Shown one piece after another: positions 17,109-26,500 of a DNA stretch of 64,000 nucleotides. The notes below the pieces were generated by a model. That model was not told the origin of the DNA. It did no database searches and worked only from the letters and a program-made list of their open reading frames with translations. A program made the position numbers and the translations under genes. How positions within the stretch are numbered: the first letter of the stretch is position 1; each line of letters opens with the position of its first letter. The DNA comes from an uncultured Candidatus Poseidoniales archaeon (GTDB lineage Archaea; Thermoplasmatota; Poseidoniia; Poseidoniales; Thalassarchaeaceae): NCBI GenBank assembly GCA_964576865.1, contig CAZNVK010000002.1:9692-73691 (forward strand). Reading direction: 5' to 3'.

Positions 17109-18062
17109 TTAGGCCGAGCGGATATTGTCGACAAATCTGTGGGCTCCGCTGGCCACGTCAATGACCTCGGATTGGACGGAATAACGACCATCTGAGAGTT
17201 GCTCGACACCGAAAGTTCGGCCCGGGCAGACGCCCGTGCCGATGAATACAGCATCCTCGCTCGCGCACAATTCGTCTCGGTCCCAGAGGCGCTCGATGTC
17301 TCCATCGATCATCTTCTCCGCGCGCTCGCGATGTCCCTCATTCTTGAACACGAGGCGCCCTTCGAATGGGGCGCCGAGACCGCGCAGCGCGGTTGCTGTG
17401 ATGACGCCTTCCGGCGCTGCGCCGATTCCCATTAGCATGTCGATTTCTGAGTTTGGGTCGGCCGCGTTGAGCGCTGCTGCGACGTCACCATCGCCGATGA
17501 GAACTACGTTCACATCGTGCGCACGTAATTCGGCAATCAGCTTCTCATGCCTCGGCCTATCCATCACGACGATATTGAGTTCGGATTCCTTCTTGCCAAG
17601 AGCCGAGGCCGCAGCCTCGACATTGTACGAAGTCGAAGCGTCGAGGCTGATCACACCATCCAGCTCGGCTGGCCCCGCAATCTTGTTCATGTAGCAATCC
17701 GGCGCATGCAGCAATTTCCCACGCGGGGCTGCAGCCAATACCGCCATCGCGTTCGGCAAATCCTTTGCAACGTGATTGGTACACTCGAGTGGGTCGACCG
17801 CGATATCGATAGATGGCGCGCCTGCGACCCCTTGCATCGAGCCCAGCGGCTCACCGATCCAAAGCATCGGCGCATCGTCGCGCTCACCCTCGCCGATGGC
17901 AACCCTACCATCGAATGGCACGCCATCGAAGACGGCGCGCATGGCTTCGACAGCCGCGCCGTCAGCCGCTTTCCCATCACCCTTCCCGCGCCAAGCGGAT
18001 GCTGCAATCGCAGCTGCTTCGGTCGCGGCGAGGAAGTGGCCCTCCAAATCGATGGTTGCCAT
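17109..18062 (-). CDS. glpX: fructose-1,6-bisphosphatase class II (GlpX family)
   Basis: Full-length GlpX-like (AAIAASAWRGKGDGKAADGAAV.., IGEGERDDAP, DPLECTN). Confidence 0.85.
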   Translation of the reverse strand: MATIDLEGHFLAATEAAAIAASAWRGKGDGKAADGAAVEAMRAVFDGVPFDGRVAIGEGERDDAPMLWIGEPLGSMQGVAGAPSIDIAVDPLECTNHVAKDLPNAMAVLAAAPRGKLLHAPDCYMNKIAGPAELDGVISLDASTSYNVEAAASALGKKESELNIVVMDRPRHEKLIAELRAHDVNVVLIGDGDVAAALNAADPNSEIDMLMGIGAAPEGVITATALRGLGAPFEGRLVFKNEGHRERAEKMIDGDIERLWDRDELCASEDAVFIGTGVCPGRTFGVEQLSDGRYSVQSEVIDVASGAHRFVDNIRSA

Positions 18063-18119
18063 GACCGCCGCGAATAGCGTTCAGCATTCAATCATACGGG
18101 TCGCCCGCGCTCGCCCAAC

Positions 18120-18581
18120 TCAGCGATTTCGTGGCTCGCCCTTGCTCTTCCTCAGCACCCGAACCCCATCGATCTGCGCGCTCGGATATTGCCCATCAGC
18201 ATCCTTCTCAACCGATTTGAGCATATCCCAAGCGCAAAGCAGTCCAGCGTTCACCCCACAAAGAGCCTCCATCTCAACCCCAGTCGTCCAGTGCGTGCGA
18301 ACGCTAACAGTGCAACGAAGCCCAGCGTCTTCAACCGCCCAATCAACGGTACAACCTTCGATCGGAATCGGATGACAATGCGGCAACATGCGCGGCGTCT
18401 CTTTCACCGCCTGAATCGCCGCAACGGTCGAAGCCTCGCGAACATCACCCTTCGGCGAGCGCCCATTAGCGACGACATCGAGGCTCGCCGCAGTCAACCG
18501 CAGCAATCCAGTCGCCACCGCTTCGCGAGCGACGACCGGCTTCGAACCAACATCGATTATCCCCGTGAAAGAATCCTCCAT
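18120..18581 (-). CDS. moaC: cyclic pyranopterin monophosphate synthase MoaC
   Basis: 153 aa, MoaC-like throughout (..VGSKPVVAREA.., ..HCHPIPIE.., VEMEALCGVNAGLL). Confidence 0.85.
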   Translation of the reverse strand: MEDSFTGIIDVGSKPVVAREAVATGLLRLTAASLDVVANGRSPKGDVREASTVAAIQAVKETPRMLPHCHPIPIEGCTVDWAVEDAGLRCTVSVRTHWTTGVEMEALCGVNAGLLCAWDMLKSVEKDADGQYPSAQIDGVRVLRKSKGEPRNR

Positions 18582-18632
18582 GACCTTGCCCCGGGAGGAC
18601 GGAGAAGTACCACACTAATCACAGGCTCGCAC

Positions 18633-18953
18633 ATGAGCCCAAGCGTGGAAATCGAGCAATCCGCTGAAATACTCGATGGAAAATTGACCAACGTGGCCGA
18701 AGCATTCCGCGACAAGGCGACTCCCGGAGTCGTTCCTCAACTCGAGTCTGGCGTGGATCACGACCGGCCGAAATCCGAAGGACAAAAATTGCAGGTGATC
18801 GGCGATTTGTGCGTCGGTTGCTCTTACTGCTTGATGGCTTGCAAGGACGATGCCCTAATTGTGGAAGGACTCTGTGAGGTCATCGAGAAAAACTGCACGG
18901 ACTGCCTACGCTGCCTCCTCTGGTGCCCTACCGGTGCCCTCGTCTATGCTTGA
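18633..18953 (+). CDS. 2x[4Fe-4S] ferredoxin-domain protein
   Basis: ORF 18189..18953 trimmed to ATG 18633 because the upstream part is antisense to moaC. Cluster motifs are CVGCSYCLMAC and CTDCLRCLLWCP. Confidence 0.65.
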   Translation: MSPSVEIEQSAEILDGKLTNVAEAFRDKATPGVVPQLESGVDHDRPKSEGQKLQVIGDLCVGCSYCLMACKDDALIVEGLCEVIEKNCTDCLRCLLWCPTGALVYA

Positions 18954-18967
18954 GTGGTGGTGCAGGG

Positions 18968-20305
18968 ATGGGAAAGCCGAAGGCAATGGTGATTGGGGCT
19001 GGAGTCGGTGGGTTATCATCCGCTGCGAAGATGGCTCAGTCTGGCGAATTTGAGGTGAGCGTCTTCGAGCGGATGTCTTTTGCCGGTGGGCGTTTTACTC
19101 AGCATGATCACGATGGATATCAGATTCCCACCGGCGCGGTTCACATGGTTCCGCATGGCAAAAAGGGTCCATTTGCGGACTTGATTTTGGGTTCGCGGGC
19201 CAAGGGTGGGTTGGACCTTGGTAGGCATGGGGTGGACTTTCTGCCGACGAGCCATTTTGCTTGTCAGCTCAAGGATGGGAAATTTCAGGCGGCGAATTCG
19301 GTCTATGGGGTTCTACCTTGGTTTTCGGCGAAGGATACGCTGAATCTTCCGGGGCTGTTGGCGAAGGGGGCCAAGCAGCCTTGGGGGGATGAGACCGAGG
19401 ATGGGCGGACTTTTTTGGAGCGGAAGTTCAGCTCTGAGTTCATCGATTTTCTCGATGCTTTCTCGAATTTTGCGATTAGTTTGCGATTCGACCAGATGCC
19501 TGCTTCAACGGTTGTTCGGATGTTGCAGAATTCGTTTTGGTCTGACCGGCCTCATGTCCCGAAAGGGGGTTGTAAGGGAGTTATCGATGGGTTGCGCGCG
19601 GATTTACGGGAGAATGGTGCGCGCGTCAAATTGAGTCATGAGGTGACTGAGATTTTGCCTGGGTCGGCTGAGGAGTCGACGAAGGAGCATCGCTTCTGCG
19701 TCGGGGTGCGCCGACGTGGGCGTGATGAGGCTAGTTGGGTCGGCGCGGATTCGATTGTGCATAATGGCGGCCACCCGAATTTGCTGAAGGCGCTGTCAGA
19801 TGATTTCGAGGTGGCCGAGGGCGTGCGCGAGCAGGTTCGTGATACGCAGGCTGTTGGTGGGATTGGATTCTGCTTCGCGCTCGATGATGACATTCCTGTT
19901 CGCAGCAGTGGGGTTACCATGCTTCCCAGTCTCGAGCGGGTCGGAGGCTTCGTGATTCCGACCTTCTCCGACCCGAGCCTCGCGCCCGAGGGTAAGCATC
20001 TGATGATCACTCACCAATTCGTGCCGGATGCTTCTGTGAAGTCCGAGATTTCGAAGGGGCGCGAGGATCTCTACGAGGCAATTCCTTGGTTGGCGGACCA
20101 CGGCGAGGAATTGTGCGTACACACCTACCATCGGAATTGGCCGTGCAACCGGGCTCCGCAGGGGGCAGAATTGCCGATGGATGTAGGCGTCGAAGGTATC
20201 CGCTGCGTCGGCGACGGTGTGAAAGGCCACGGTTGGATGATGGTCGAGGGAATCGCTTCGAATGTGCCGCACGCCGTCGATCAAGTCACGGCTTCGATGC
20301 GCTGA
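18968..20305 (+). CDS. FAD-dependent oxidoreductase, phytoene-desaturase (CrtI)-like family
   Basis: ATG 18968. Dinucleotide fold AMVIGAGVGGLSSAAKMAQSG..V.VFE....GGR. Confidence 0.65.
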   Translation: MGKPKAMVIGAGVGGLSSAAKMAQSGEFEVSVFERMSFAGGRFTQHDHDGYQIPTGAVHMVPHGKKGPFADLILGSRAKGGLDLGRHGVDFLPTSHFACQLKDGKFQAANSVYGVLPWFSAKDTLNLPGLLAKGAKQPWGDETEDGRTFLERKFSSEFIDFLDAFSNFAISLRFDQMPASTVVRMLQNSFWSDRPHVPKGGCKGVIDGLRADLRENGARVKLSHEVTEILPGSAEESTKEHRFCVGVRRRGRDEASWVGADSIVHNGGHPNLLKALSDDFEVAEGVREQVRDTQAVGGIGFCFALDDDIPVRSSGVTMLPSLERVGGFVIPTFSDPSLAPEGKHLMITHQFVPDASVKSEISKGREDLYEAIPWLADHGEELCVHTYHRNWPCNRAPQGAELPMDVGVEGIRCVGDGVKGHGWMMVEGIASNVPHAVDQVTASMR

Positions 20306-20327
20306 GTCTGCCGGCGCACATTGCTAT

Positions 20328-20750
20328 TCAGCCCAATCCTGCCTTCCAAAGTTCTCCGTCGGCGCGGACTTCCTTCTTCCAAAGCGGGGCTTGGGCCTTG
20401 AGTTCGGCAATGAGCCAGGCACAGGCCTCGAATCCTTCGGCTCGATGCGGACTGCCGACGTGAATGCAGACGATGGGTTCGGCCGGCAACACGATTCCGG
20501 TACGGTGAGCCATCACCACCGATGAGACTCCGAAGCGCTCGACCGCTTCGATCGCGAGTCCATTGAGCACACTTGGCAACTTCTCTTCCCAAGCGTCGAA
20601 TTCGAGGCGTTCGACCTCAACGCCATCATCTTCACCCCTAGTCAGACCGACGAATGAGACCACGCTTCCACAGCCCTCCGGGTCCACAAGACCTCGAAGG
20701 ACCTCAGGGTCGAGGGCCTCCGCCTCGACCCTGACCACGATGCGAGCCAC
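20328..20750 (-). CDS. moaE: molybdopterin synthase catalytic subunit MoaE
   Basis: GTG start. MoaE-like (GSVVSFVGLTR.., VMAHRTG.., HRAEGFEACAWLIAELKAQAPLWKKE). Confidence 0.8.
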   Translation of the reverse strand: MARIVVRVEAEALDPEVLRGLVDPEGCGSVVSFVGLTRGEDDGVEVERLEFDAWEEKLPSVLNGLAIEAVERFGVSSVVMAHRTGIVLPAEPIVCIHVGSPHRAEGFEACAWLIAELKAQAPLWKKEVRADGELWKAGLG

Positions 20751-20795
20751 GAATCTCCATCGATGCCCAGCGCTTCAATGCCTCGCTGCACCTCG

Positions 20796-22067
20796 ATGAC
20801 TCTCGACACAACCTTTCAAACACAACCTCAGGCTCGCCGCCTCGTGACCCGTCGAATCGACATCCTCGGAGCCGGACTCTCCGGACTCTCCGCCGCGATC
20901 ATCCTCGCGCGCGAAGGATACGATGTCCACGTCCACGAAATTCGCAAGGACTCCGGAGCGCGCTTCGACGGAGATTTCCAAGGCATCGAGAATTGGACCA
21001 GCGAGACAGATTTCTTCGACGAAATGCGAGGCTGGGGCCTCGACCCTGATGAGTTCAAGTCCGATGGATTCGGAATCATCGACCTCATCCATCCCGACGA
21101 CGCGATCACTCACCCGAAAACCGACGGGATCGCCTTCCGCGTCGTCGAGCGCGGCACCGATGAGCACTGCATCGATCAGGGATTCAAGCGCATGGCAATC
21201 GCCGCCGGCGCCAATATCCACTACGAGACGCGCAAGGACCCGAGCGAATGCGACATCATCGCCGCAGGCCCCAAGGAATCCAGTGCCGTCGCATTCGGTG
21301 AAATCTTCCACACCGACCACGAGAATATCGTCGCCTTCCAACTGAACGACAAGCTCGCCCCAGGCGCCTATTCCTACCTCATCATCATCGACGGCGTCGG
21401 CCTCATCTGCACCTGTCTCTGGCGCCAACAGAAGAAGTCCGGCCGCTACCTCAACGAGACCATCGCTTGGTATGAGCAGCACTACGAACTCAACCGCCAA
21501 CCCATCAAGCGCGTCGGGGGCAAGGGCGACTTCGCCCTTCCAGACCACTACATCCACGAAGGCCGCCACTACGTAGGCGAAGCAGGCGGCCTGCAGGATT
21601 TCATGTGGGGCTTCGGAATGCGCTACGCCATCACCAGCGGGGTGCTGGCCGCCCAATCGATTATGGGAGGGACAGACTACCAGAAACAAGTCCGCAGTCG
21701 CCTTGTTCCGCTCGTTCGAGCCAGCGCGATTAACCGCTTCCTGATGAATAGATTCGGAGATCGTGGATTCAAGATGGTTGCGCGCTATTGGATGCGCGAC
21801 CAAGCGCGCAAGGGAGACGGGCTGGCCTTCATGAAATGGGTCTACCAGCCCGGACTGTTGCGCCGAGCACTCTGGCCATTCGTACGCATCGGGATGCTCC
21901 GGCGCAAACAGCTGAAAGACGGCCGAATGGTTTCTCGAATGCCCTTCCGAAAGCCGCTCTCCCGCGACGTTTGGGAACCGAGTCAAGCAGCCGAGGAGAT
22001 AGGGCAGCAGTGGAAGTCCATCCAGCGTGGAGGAGGAGGCGTTTCCTTCTCCGAAACCGATGCATGA
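20796..22067 (+). CDS. FAD-dependent oxidoreductase (geranylgeranyl-reductase-like)
   Basis: Trimmed to ATG 20796. Has IDILGAGLSGLSAAIILAREGYDVHVHE and ..GEAGG.. motifs. Confidence 0.6.
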   Translation: MTLDTTFQTQPQARRLVTRRIDILGAGLSGLSAAIILAREGYDVHVHEIRKDSGARFDGDFQGIENWTSETDFFDEMRGWGLDPDEFKSDGFGIIDLIHPDDAITHPKTDGIAFRVVERGTDEHCIDQGFKRMAIAAGANIHYETRKDPSECDIIAAGPKESSAVAFGEIFHTDHENIVAFQLNDKLAPGAYSYLIIIDGVGLICTCLWRQQKKSGRYLNETIAWYEQHYELNRQPIKRVGGKGDFALPDHYIHEGRHYVGEAGGLQDFMWGFGMRYAITSGVLAAQSIMGGTDYQKQVRSRLVPLVRASAINRFLMNRFGDRGFKMVARYWMRDQARKGDGLAFMKWVYQPGLLRRALWPFVRIGMLRRKQLKDGRMVSRMPFRKPLSRDVWEPSQAAEEIGQQWKSIQRGGGGVSFSETDA

Positions 22068-22141
22068 GCCGAGGTTTTCCCGTCTCGTAACCCTCCATTC
22101 GCACCCGTGTGATTCATAATCCGACCCTCGGTGGCCGCGCT

Positions 22142-22999
22142 ATGACCTCATGGCCTGAACTTGAGCCAATGCCAAACCGCCTCGTCAATTACGGCGTTAC
22201 CGAGAATGGAATCGCTATCATCGAACTCGCCTCCAATTCAGCGGGCGCTCCCCTCGAAGGAGACGAGGTCGGCCCGAACACCTACACTCACGAAATGATG
22301 CGCGACATCGACACGGCGGTCGTCAAGGCGCGCTTCGACGATGATGTCAGCGTCATTCTGATCACCGGCAATGGACACAAGTTCTTCTCTGCCGGTGCAT
22401 CAATCCAGATGCTAAACTCGGTTACTCCCGGCTTCAAGTACAATTTCTGCCTACACGCGAATGAGACTCTCAGCCGCCTTGAGCAGACCCCCAAGCTCGT
22501 CATCTGCGCCATCAACGGTCACGCTGTCGGCGGCGGCCTAGAGATCGCAATGGCTTGCGACATCCGCATCGCCCGCAAGGACAGCGGCAAGTGTGGCCTC
22601 CCCGAGATCAACCTCGGCGTTCTCGCTGGAACCGGTGGAACCGCTCGCCTAACCCGCCTCATCGGTAAGGCTCGCGCCCTCGAATACATGGTCAGCGGAG
22701 AGTTGATGGCATTCGAGAAGGCCAAGGAAATGGACCTCATCAACGATGTTTGGGATGGGTCCCTCGAGGACTTCCGTCAGGACATCCTCGACTACGCCAG
22801 CCAGTACTGCCTACCATACAAGGCAACCATGGCAGTTGGCAACATCAAGCGCTCATGTCAGTCTGGACCTGAGATGCCATTCGAATACCACCTCGCGCTT
22901 GAGCGCGAGTTGCAGGCGGCGCTCTTCAACAGCGCTGACGCAAAGGAAGGCATCGCCGCATACGTTGAGCGCCGGACCCCTCGCTTCGAAGGCCGCTGA
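22142..22999 (+). CDS. enoyl-CoA hydratase/isomerase (crotonase) family protein
   Basis: Has FFSAGASI.. and INGHAVGGGLEIAMACDIRIA. ATG 22142. Confidence 0.8.
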   Translation: MTSWPELEPMPNRLVNYGVTENGIAIIELASNSAGAPLEGDEVGPNTYTHEMMRDIDTAVVKARFDDDVSVILITGNGHKFFSAGASIQMLNSVTPGFKYNFCLHANETLSRLEQTPKLVICAINGHAVGGGLEIAMACDIRIARKDSGKCGLPEINLGVLAGTGGTARLTRLIGKARALEYMVSGELMAFEKAKEMDLINDVWDGSLEDFRQDILDYASQYCLPYKATMAVGNIKRSCQSGPEMPFEYHLALERELQAALFNSADAKEGIAAYVERRTPRFEGR

Positions 23000-23031
23000 A
23001 CTCGGAAAACATCAGGCTCGATGAGCCTGAC

Positions 23032-23045
23032 CCGAACCCGTTCGG
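23032..23045. promoter_or_regulatory. palindromic site CCGAAC-CC-GTTCGG
   Basis: Read directly. It ends 37 bp upstream of the GTG start at 23082. Confidence 0.5.
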
Positions 23046-23081
23046 CTTCTGCTTCATTCAAGTGTAACCGCGCGCTGAATC

Positions 23082-23576
23082 GTGAGTGAGTGGACGTTAA
23101 CCACCTTCCTACACATGGGTGCGGCGGCGACATGGATCGGGTCAATGGGAGTCTACGCCTTTCTTATCGCACCTTATGCGAAAAAGCGGTTCGATGAGGC
23201 CGAATATATCCACTTCCTCAACGACATCGGACTACGATTCCGTCGACTGAGTTGGTTCTGTCTTGCTGTAATCGCCGTGACCGGAGCCAGACTGGCAGAC
23301 CTCATCTCAGGTTGGGAGGCATTTACTACAGCCTATGGGCACACAATGCCTCCAGCGAGCACGATTGCTTGGAAGATGTTGCTCGGTGTAACTTTGGTAA
23401 TCGTTGTCGCTTACCATGATTTTAGAGCCGGGCCGAAGGCGATTGCGTCCTTCCTTGAGCAACCGGACTCACCAGAGACCAGACGCCTTCGAAAAATTGC
23501 CACGAATCACGCCAGAATGATGATGTTACTCTCGATCATCATTTTCTATCTCGGAGTTTCGGTGCTCCGAGGTTGA
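23082..23576 (+). CDS. membrane protein, possibly CopD-like (copper handling)
   Basis: GTG start. Four helices, with N-terminal FLHMGAAATWIGSMGVY resembling the H..aaa.W.G pattern of CopD-type domains. The assignment is weak. Confidence 0.4.
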   Translation: MSEWTLTTFLHMGAAATWIGSMGVYAFLIAPYAKKRFDEAEYIHFLNDIGLRFRRLSWFCLAVIAVTGARLADLISGWEAFTTAYGHTMPPASTIAWKMLLGVTLVIVVAYHDFRAGPKAIASFLEQPDSPETRRLRKIATNHARMMMLLSIIIFYLGVSVLRG

Positions 23577-23577
23577 A

Positions 23578-24036
23578 TCAACAGAAATCTGAATCTCGAA
23601 GTCTTACTCCTAGCGATTCACCATTGACGATTGCAATTCCGTAATCATACAATTCAGAATTCCACCGTTCATCGAATTGGTGCCGTTCTGGCCAGATAAC
23701 CTTGACATCGCCATACCATTGCATCCGCTGTGATAGTGACGGGACGAAGGACCATACATCCTCCACGCCGAACAGCGCGATGACTGAAATATCCGCATCG
23801 ACATCCTCAATCGAGCTCGAAACTGTCTTCCCTTTGATTCGTTTATCCTCACGTGCGCACAGTGGACATACGAACCTGACTGAATCGCCACGCTGCATCA
23901 ATCGGTCTGCTACAAATTGAGAGGGGTGTCCTATCTCGTGGTCTGCACAGACGAATAACCAATTGTGTTGTTTCAAAGCCCAAGCAGCTGCCTCACCGCG
24001 GTTAGCGTTCCTCAAGGTGTGTAAATCGAGTTCCAT
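23578..24036 (-). CDS. hypothetical protein
   Basis: ORF 23578..24117 trimmed to ATG 24036 (MELDLHTL..). It has a CPLC motif and low G+C. No family recognised. Confidence 0.35.
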   Translation of the reverse strand: MELDLHTLRNANRGEAAAWALKQHNWLFVCADHEIGHPSQFVADRLMQRGDSVRFVCPLCAREDKRIKGKTVSSSIEDVDADISVIALFGVEDVWSFVPSLSQRMQWYGDVKVIWPERHQFDERWNSELYDYGIAIVNGESLGVRLRDSDFC

Positions 24037-24072
24037 GAACGGAATGAGTTCTGCGCGAATCTCAACCTTCCC

Positions 24073-24086
24073 CCGAACATGTCCGA
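24073..24086. promoter_or_regulatory. palindrome-family site CCGAAC-AT-GTCCGA, with a second half-site CCATTC-AT-GTTCGG at 24114..24127
   Basis: Read directly. Both lie in the gap upstream of ATG 24176. Confidence 0.4.
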
Positions 24087-24175
24087 AGCAGCAAATCGGT
24101 GCACTCTGCCACACCATTCATGTTCGGGTCATACCCTATCACATCCCTTCCTTCCCGTTGGATTGAGGTGAAAGG

Positions 24176-25978
24176 ATGAACCTGAACCAATTGATGAAAA
24201 ACAGAACACAGACCGCAATGCTGCTCGCATTATTGATGGTAACAGCTCCGCTTCTGGCAGGCTGTGTCGGAGGTAGCGACCTGTCTTGTGGAGAAGGAAC
24301 AGAACGACTAGGAGACGAGTGCGTTGTCGACGACTCCGAGCCTGTATGGCAAGGAGAATGGAAGGAATTCAATGTCGAGGCCGCACAATGGGATTTCATC
24401 CCGAGTGAGATAATCGTGAACGAGGGCGACCACGTTCGAATCACCTTCACCTCGACGATGGATGAGCAGGATCAGTATTTGCTCCATTCATTCTCTCTGA
24501 ACGCGTACGATATCGCTGTCGACTTGCCTGTCGGTGAATCTGTAACGGTTGAGTTCGTCGCTGACCAAGTCGGCGAGTTCGGCTACGACTGCTCGGTCTT
24601 TTGTGGAGACCGACACAACGACATGCTCGGGACGGTGATCGTCAACCCCGCTGGCGGTCAGGTCGTCGAGGCTGCTCCAACAATTGGAAACACCACTGCA
24701 TTGGAGATTAGCACCCAAATTTACGACACCACGACATCACCTGGTGGCACACCTGGATGGGTAAACGGAGATTTGATGATAGTCATCGAGCGTGAAGCCG
24801 AAGCAGTCGTGGTTGTTGATACATCGACCGACGAGATTGTCGGCCGTATTCACGGCTTGGGATATCAGCCTCACACCGTGGTATTCGACGAAGAGGCACG
24901 TTACGGTTACCTAATCAGCCGAGGAGGATGGTTCTCGAAAATCGACCTTGATGACCTATCAGTACCTGCATACATCAAGGTCGGTGAATCAAGTAGAGGA
25001 ACCGCTCTATCTTCTAATGGCAACTGGATTGCTGTCACGAATTACGAACCTTCGTCCTTCGTAATTGTCAACGCCCACACGATGGATATCGCCATGGAAT
25101 ACCAAATTCCGGTCCCATGGGTAGACGGTGAACCCCAGTTCTCTCGAGCTGCTAGTGCACTCGACACCGCAAATGGATACATCTTCGTGGCGATGAAGGA
25201 TCTGGGTGAGATTTGGGTCATCGACGCAGATGAGACACGATGGAGCGAGAGCCCATTCCCAGTCGTAAAGGTGTTCAACCACCAAGGTGGAATGCTCCAC
25301 GACGCATTCATCACCCCTGACGGACAGTACTACATTCTGGCTAGCCAAACCAGCCATCAGATGGCTGTTATCGACGCCGTCAATCTAGAGGAAGTTGCTC
25401 TTGTTGAGGTCGGGTTGAAGCCTCACCCAGGCCCAGGAGCGGTCTGGGCTGACTACATTTTCACCCCAAGTATTGGTGAGGGAAAACTCAACATCATCGA
25501 TTCAAGAACTTGGTCGAACGAGTTCGAGTTGCCAATCGGTGGTCCAGCGCTTTTCACAAGAACCTACGAGTTCGGTGACCCCACTACCGATGAGGAGTGG
25601 GAGAAGGACCCAGCCAACCTGCAGTATCCATACATCTGGTGGGACACAGTTCTCTCGACCGATATGGAGGAGAACAAAGAGGTCTACGTCCTCGACGCCC
25701 GTGAGCTCTATGTCCCAGGAGCGACCGATGATAGCATCGCTGCGACCGTCTGGACGCTGAAAGACAACGATTGTGAAGGTCGTACGCTGCACCCCGAATT
25801 CAGCCACGATGGAACCAAGGTGTATGTCTCGTGCTGGGCCGAGGAGGGATTCCTGTTGATCTACGAGTCGACGCCTGGTGCTGATGGCGAGTTCGACCTG
25901 CTCGGAAAGATCGAAGGAATCGCCAATCCGACTGGAACCTTCGGTGTCGGACTAAGGTCCGAGGAGATTGGAGTCTGA
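24176..25978 (+). CDS. lipoprotein: N-terminal CuA-type cupredoxin domain fused to cytochrome-cd1 (NirS d1-domain)-like beta-propeller
   Basis: Lipobox LLAGC. The CuA ligand pattern is HSF-x32-CSVFCGDRHNDM (H-x34-C-x3-C-G-x2-H-x2-M). Propeller segments match NirS from memory: GYQPHTVVFDEEARYGYL, MLHDAFITPDGQYY, KPHPGPGAVW, HPEFSHDGTKVYVSCW and NPTGTFGV. Confidence 0.7.
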   Translation: MNLNQLMKNRTQTAMLLALLMVTAPLLAGCVGGSDLSCGEGTERLGDECVVDDSEPVWQGEWKEFNVEAAQWDFIPSEIIVNEGDHVRITFTSTMDEQDQYLLHSFSLNAYDIAVDLPVGESVTVEFVADQVGEFGYDCSVFCGDRHNDMLGTVIVNPAGGQVVEAAPTIGNTTALEISTQIYDTTTSPGGTPGWVNGDLMIVIEREAEAVVVVDTSTDEIVGRIHGLGYQPHTVVFDEEARYGYLISRGGWFSKIDLDDLSVPAYIKVGESSRGTALSSNGNWIAVTNYEPSSFVIVNAHTMDIAMEYQIPVPWVDGEPQFSRAASALDTANGYIFVAMKDLGEIWVIDADETRWSESPFPVVKVFNHQGGMLHDAFITPDGQYYILASQTSHQMAVIDAVNLEEVALVEVGLKPHPGPGAVWADYIFTPSIGEGKLNIIDSRTWSNEFELPIGGPALFTRTYEFGDPTTDEEWEKDPANLQYPYIWWDTVLSTDMEENKEVYVLDARELYVPGATDDSIAATVWTLKDNDCEGRTLHPEFSHDGTKVYVSCWAEEGFLLIYESTPGADGEFDLLGKIEGIANPTGTFGVGLRSEEIGV

Positions 25979-25988
25979 TTATCGTAAG

Positions 25989-26030
25989 CCGTTGGGGGGC
26001 GACCAGCCCCCCAACGGCCCCCCATTTTTT
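25989..26030 (+). terminator. stem-loop plus T-run
   Basis: CCGTTGGGGGGC-GACCA-GCCCCCCAACGG (12-bp stem) is followed by CCCCCCATTTTTT. Confidence 0.6.
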
Positions 26031-26043
26031 GGAGTTGAACTCT

Positions 26044-26466
26044 ATGAAAATACCACTTAACGTCGAGAGGATGATGGATACAGACGTTATCAAATTGAGT
26101 GGAAATACTAACGTGACTCAAGCCATGGAATCGATGCACGAAGCCGGTGTATGGTCTGTCATCGTCACTCTGGATGGAGAACCCAGAGGCGTTGTCACCG
26201 AACGCGACCTACTCCGTAGATGCTTCAGACCGAAGCAGAATCCAGACTTTGTTCTCCTGAGGGAGATTATGAGTTATCCATTGGTGACTATCGACCGTGA
26301 TCTGCCCGTCGGCTCTGCCCTCAATCTGCTTCTCGCCGACGAGATTAGACGAATCTACGTCATCAATGCCGAGGGCAATATAATCGGCAGAGTGACACAG
26401 ACGGGTTGCCTCGAGGCTACTCTCAATCTGATTCTCGGAATGCAAAGTACGTTCGAACAGATCTAG
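26044..26466 (+). CDS. CBS-domain pair protein
   Basis: ATG 26044 (the TTG at 26029 sits inside the terminator T-run). Two CBS-like units (..VIKLSGNTNVTQAMESM....VIV.., ..PLVTIDRDLPVGSALNLL..IRRIYVIN). Confidence 0.65.
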   Translation: MKIPLNVERMMDTDVIKLSGNTNVTQAMESMHEAGVWSVIVTLDGEPRGVVTERDLLRRCFRPKQNPDFVLLREIMSYPLVTIDRDLPVGSALNLLLADEIRRIYVINAEGNIIGRVTQTGCLEATLNLILGMQSTFEQI

Positions 26467-26500
26467 ATCGACCTGACGCCGCGAGAGAATCCTGTCAAGT

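Noticed and set aside
20775-21986. A 403-aa ORF on the minus strand, fully antisense to the FAD-oxidoreductase gene
   Set aside because: It is a typical high-G+C shadow ORF. Its product is Ala/Gly/Val/Asp-rich with no motifs, whereas the plus-strand frame has a clean dinucleotide-binding fold.
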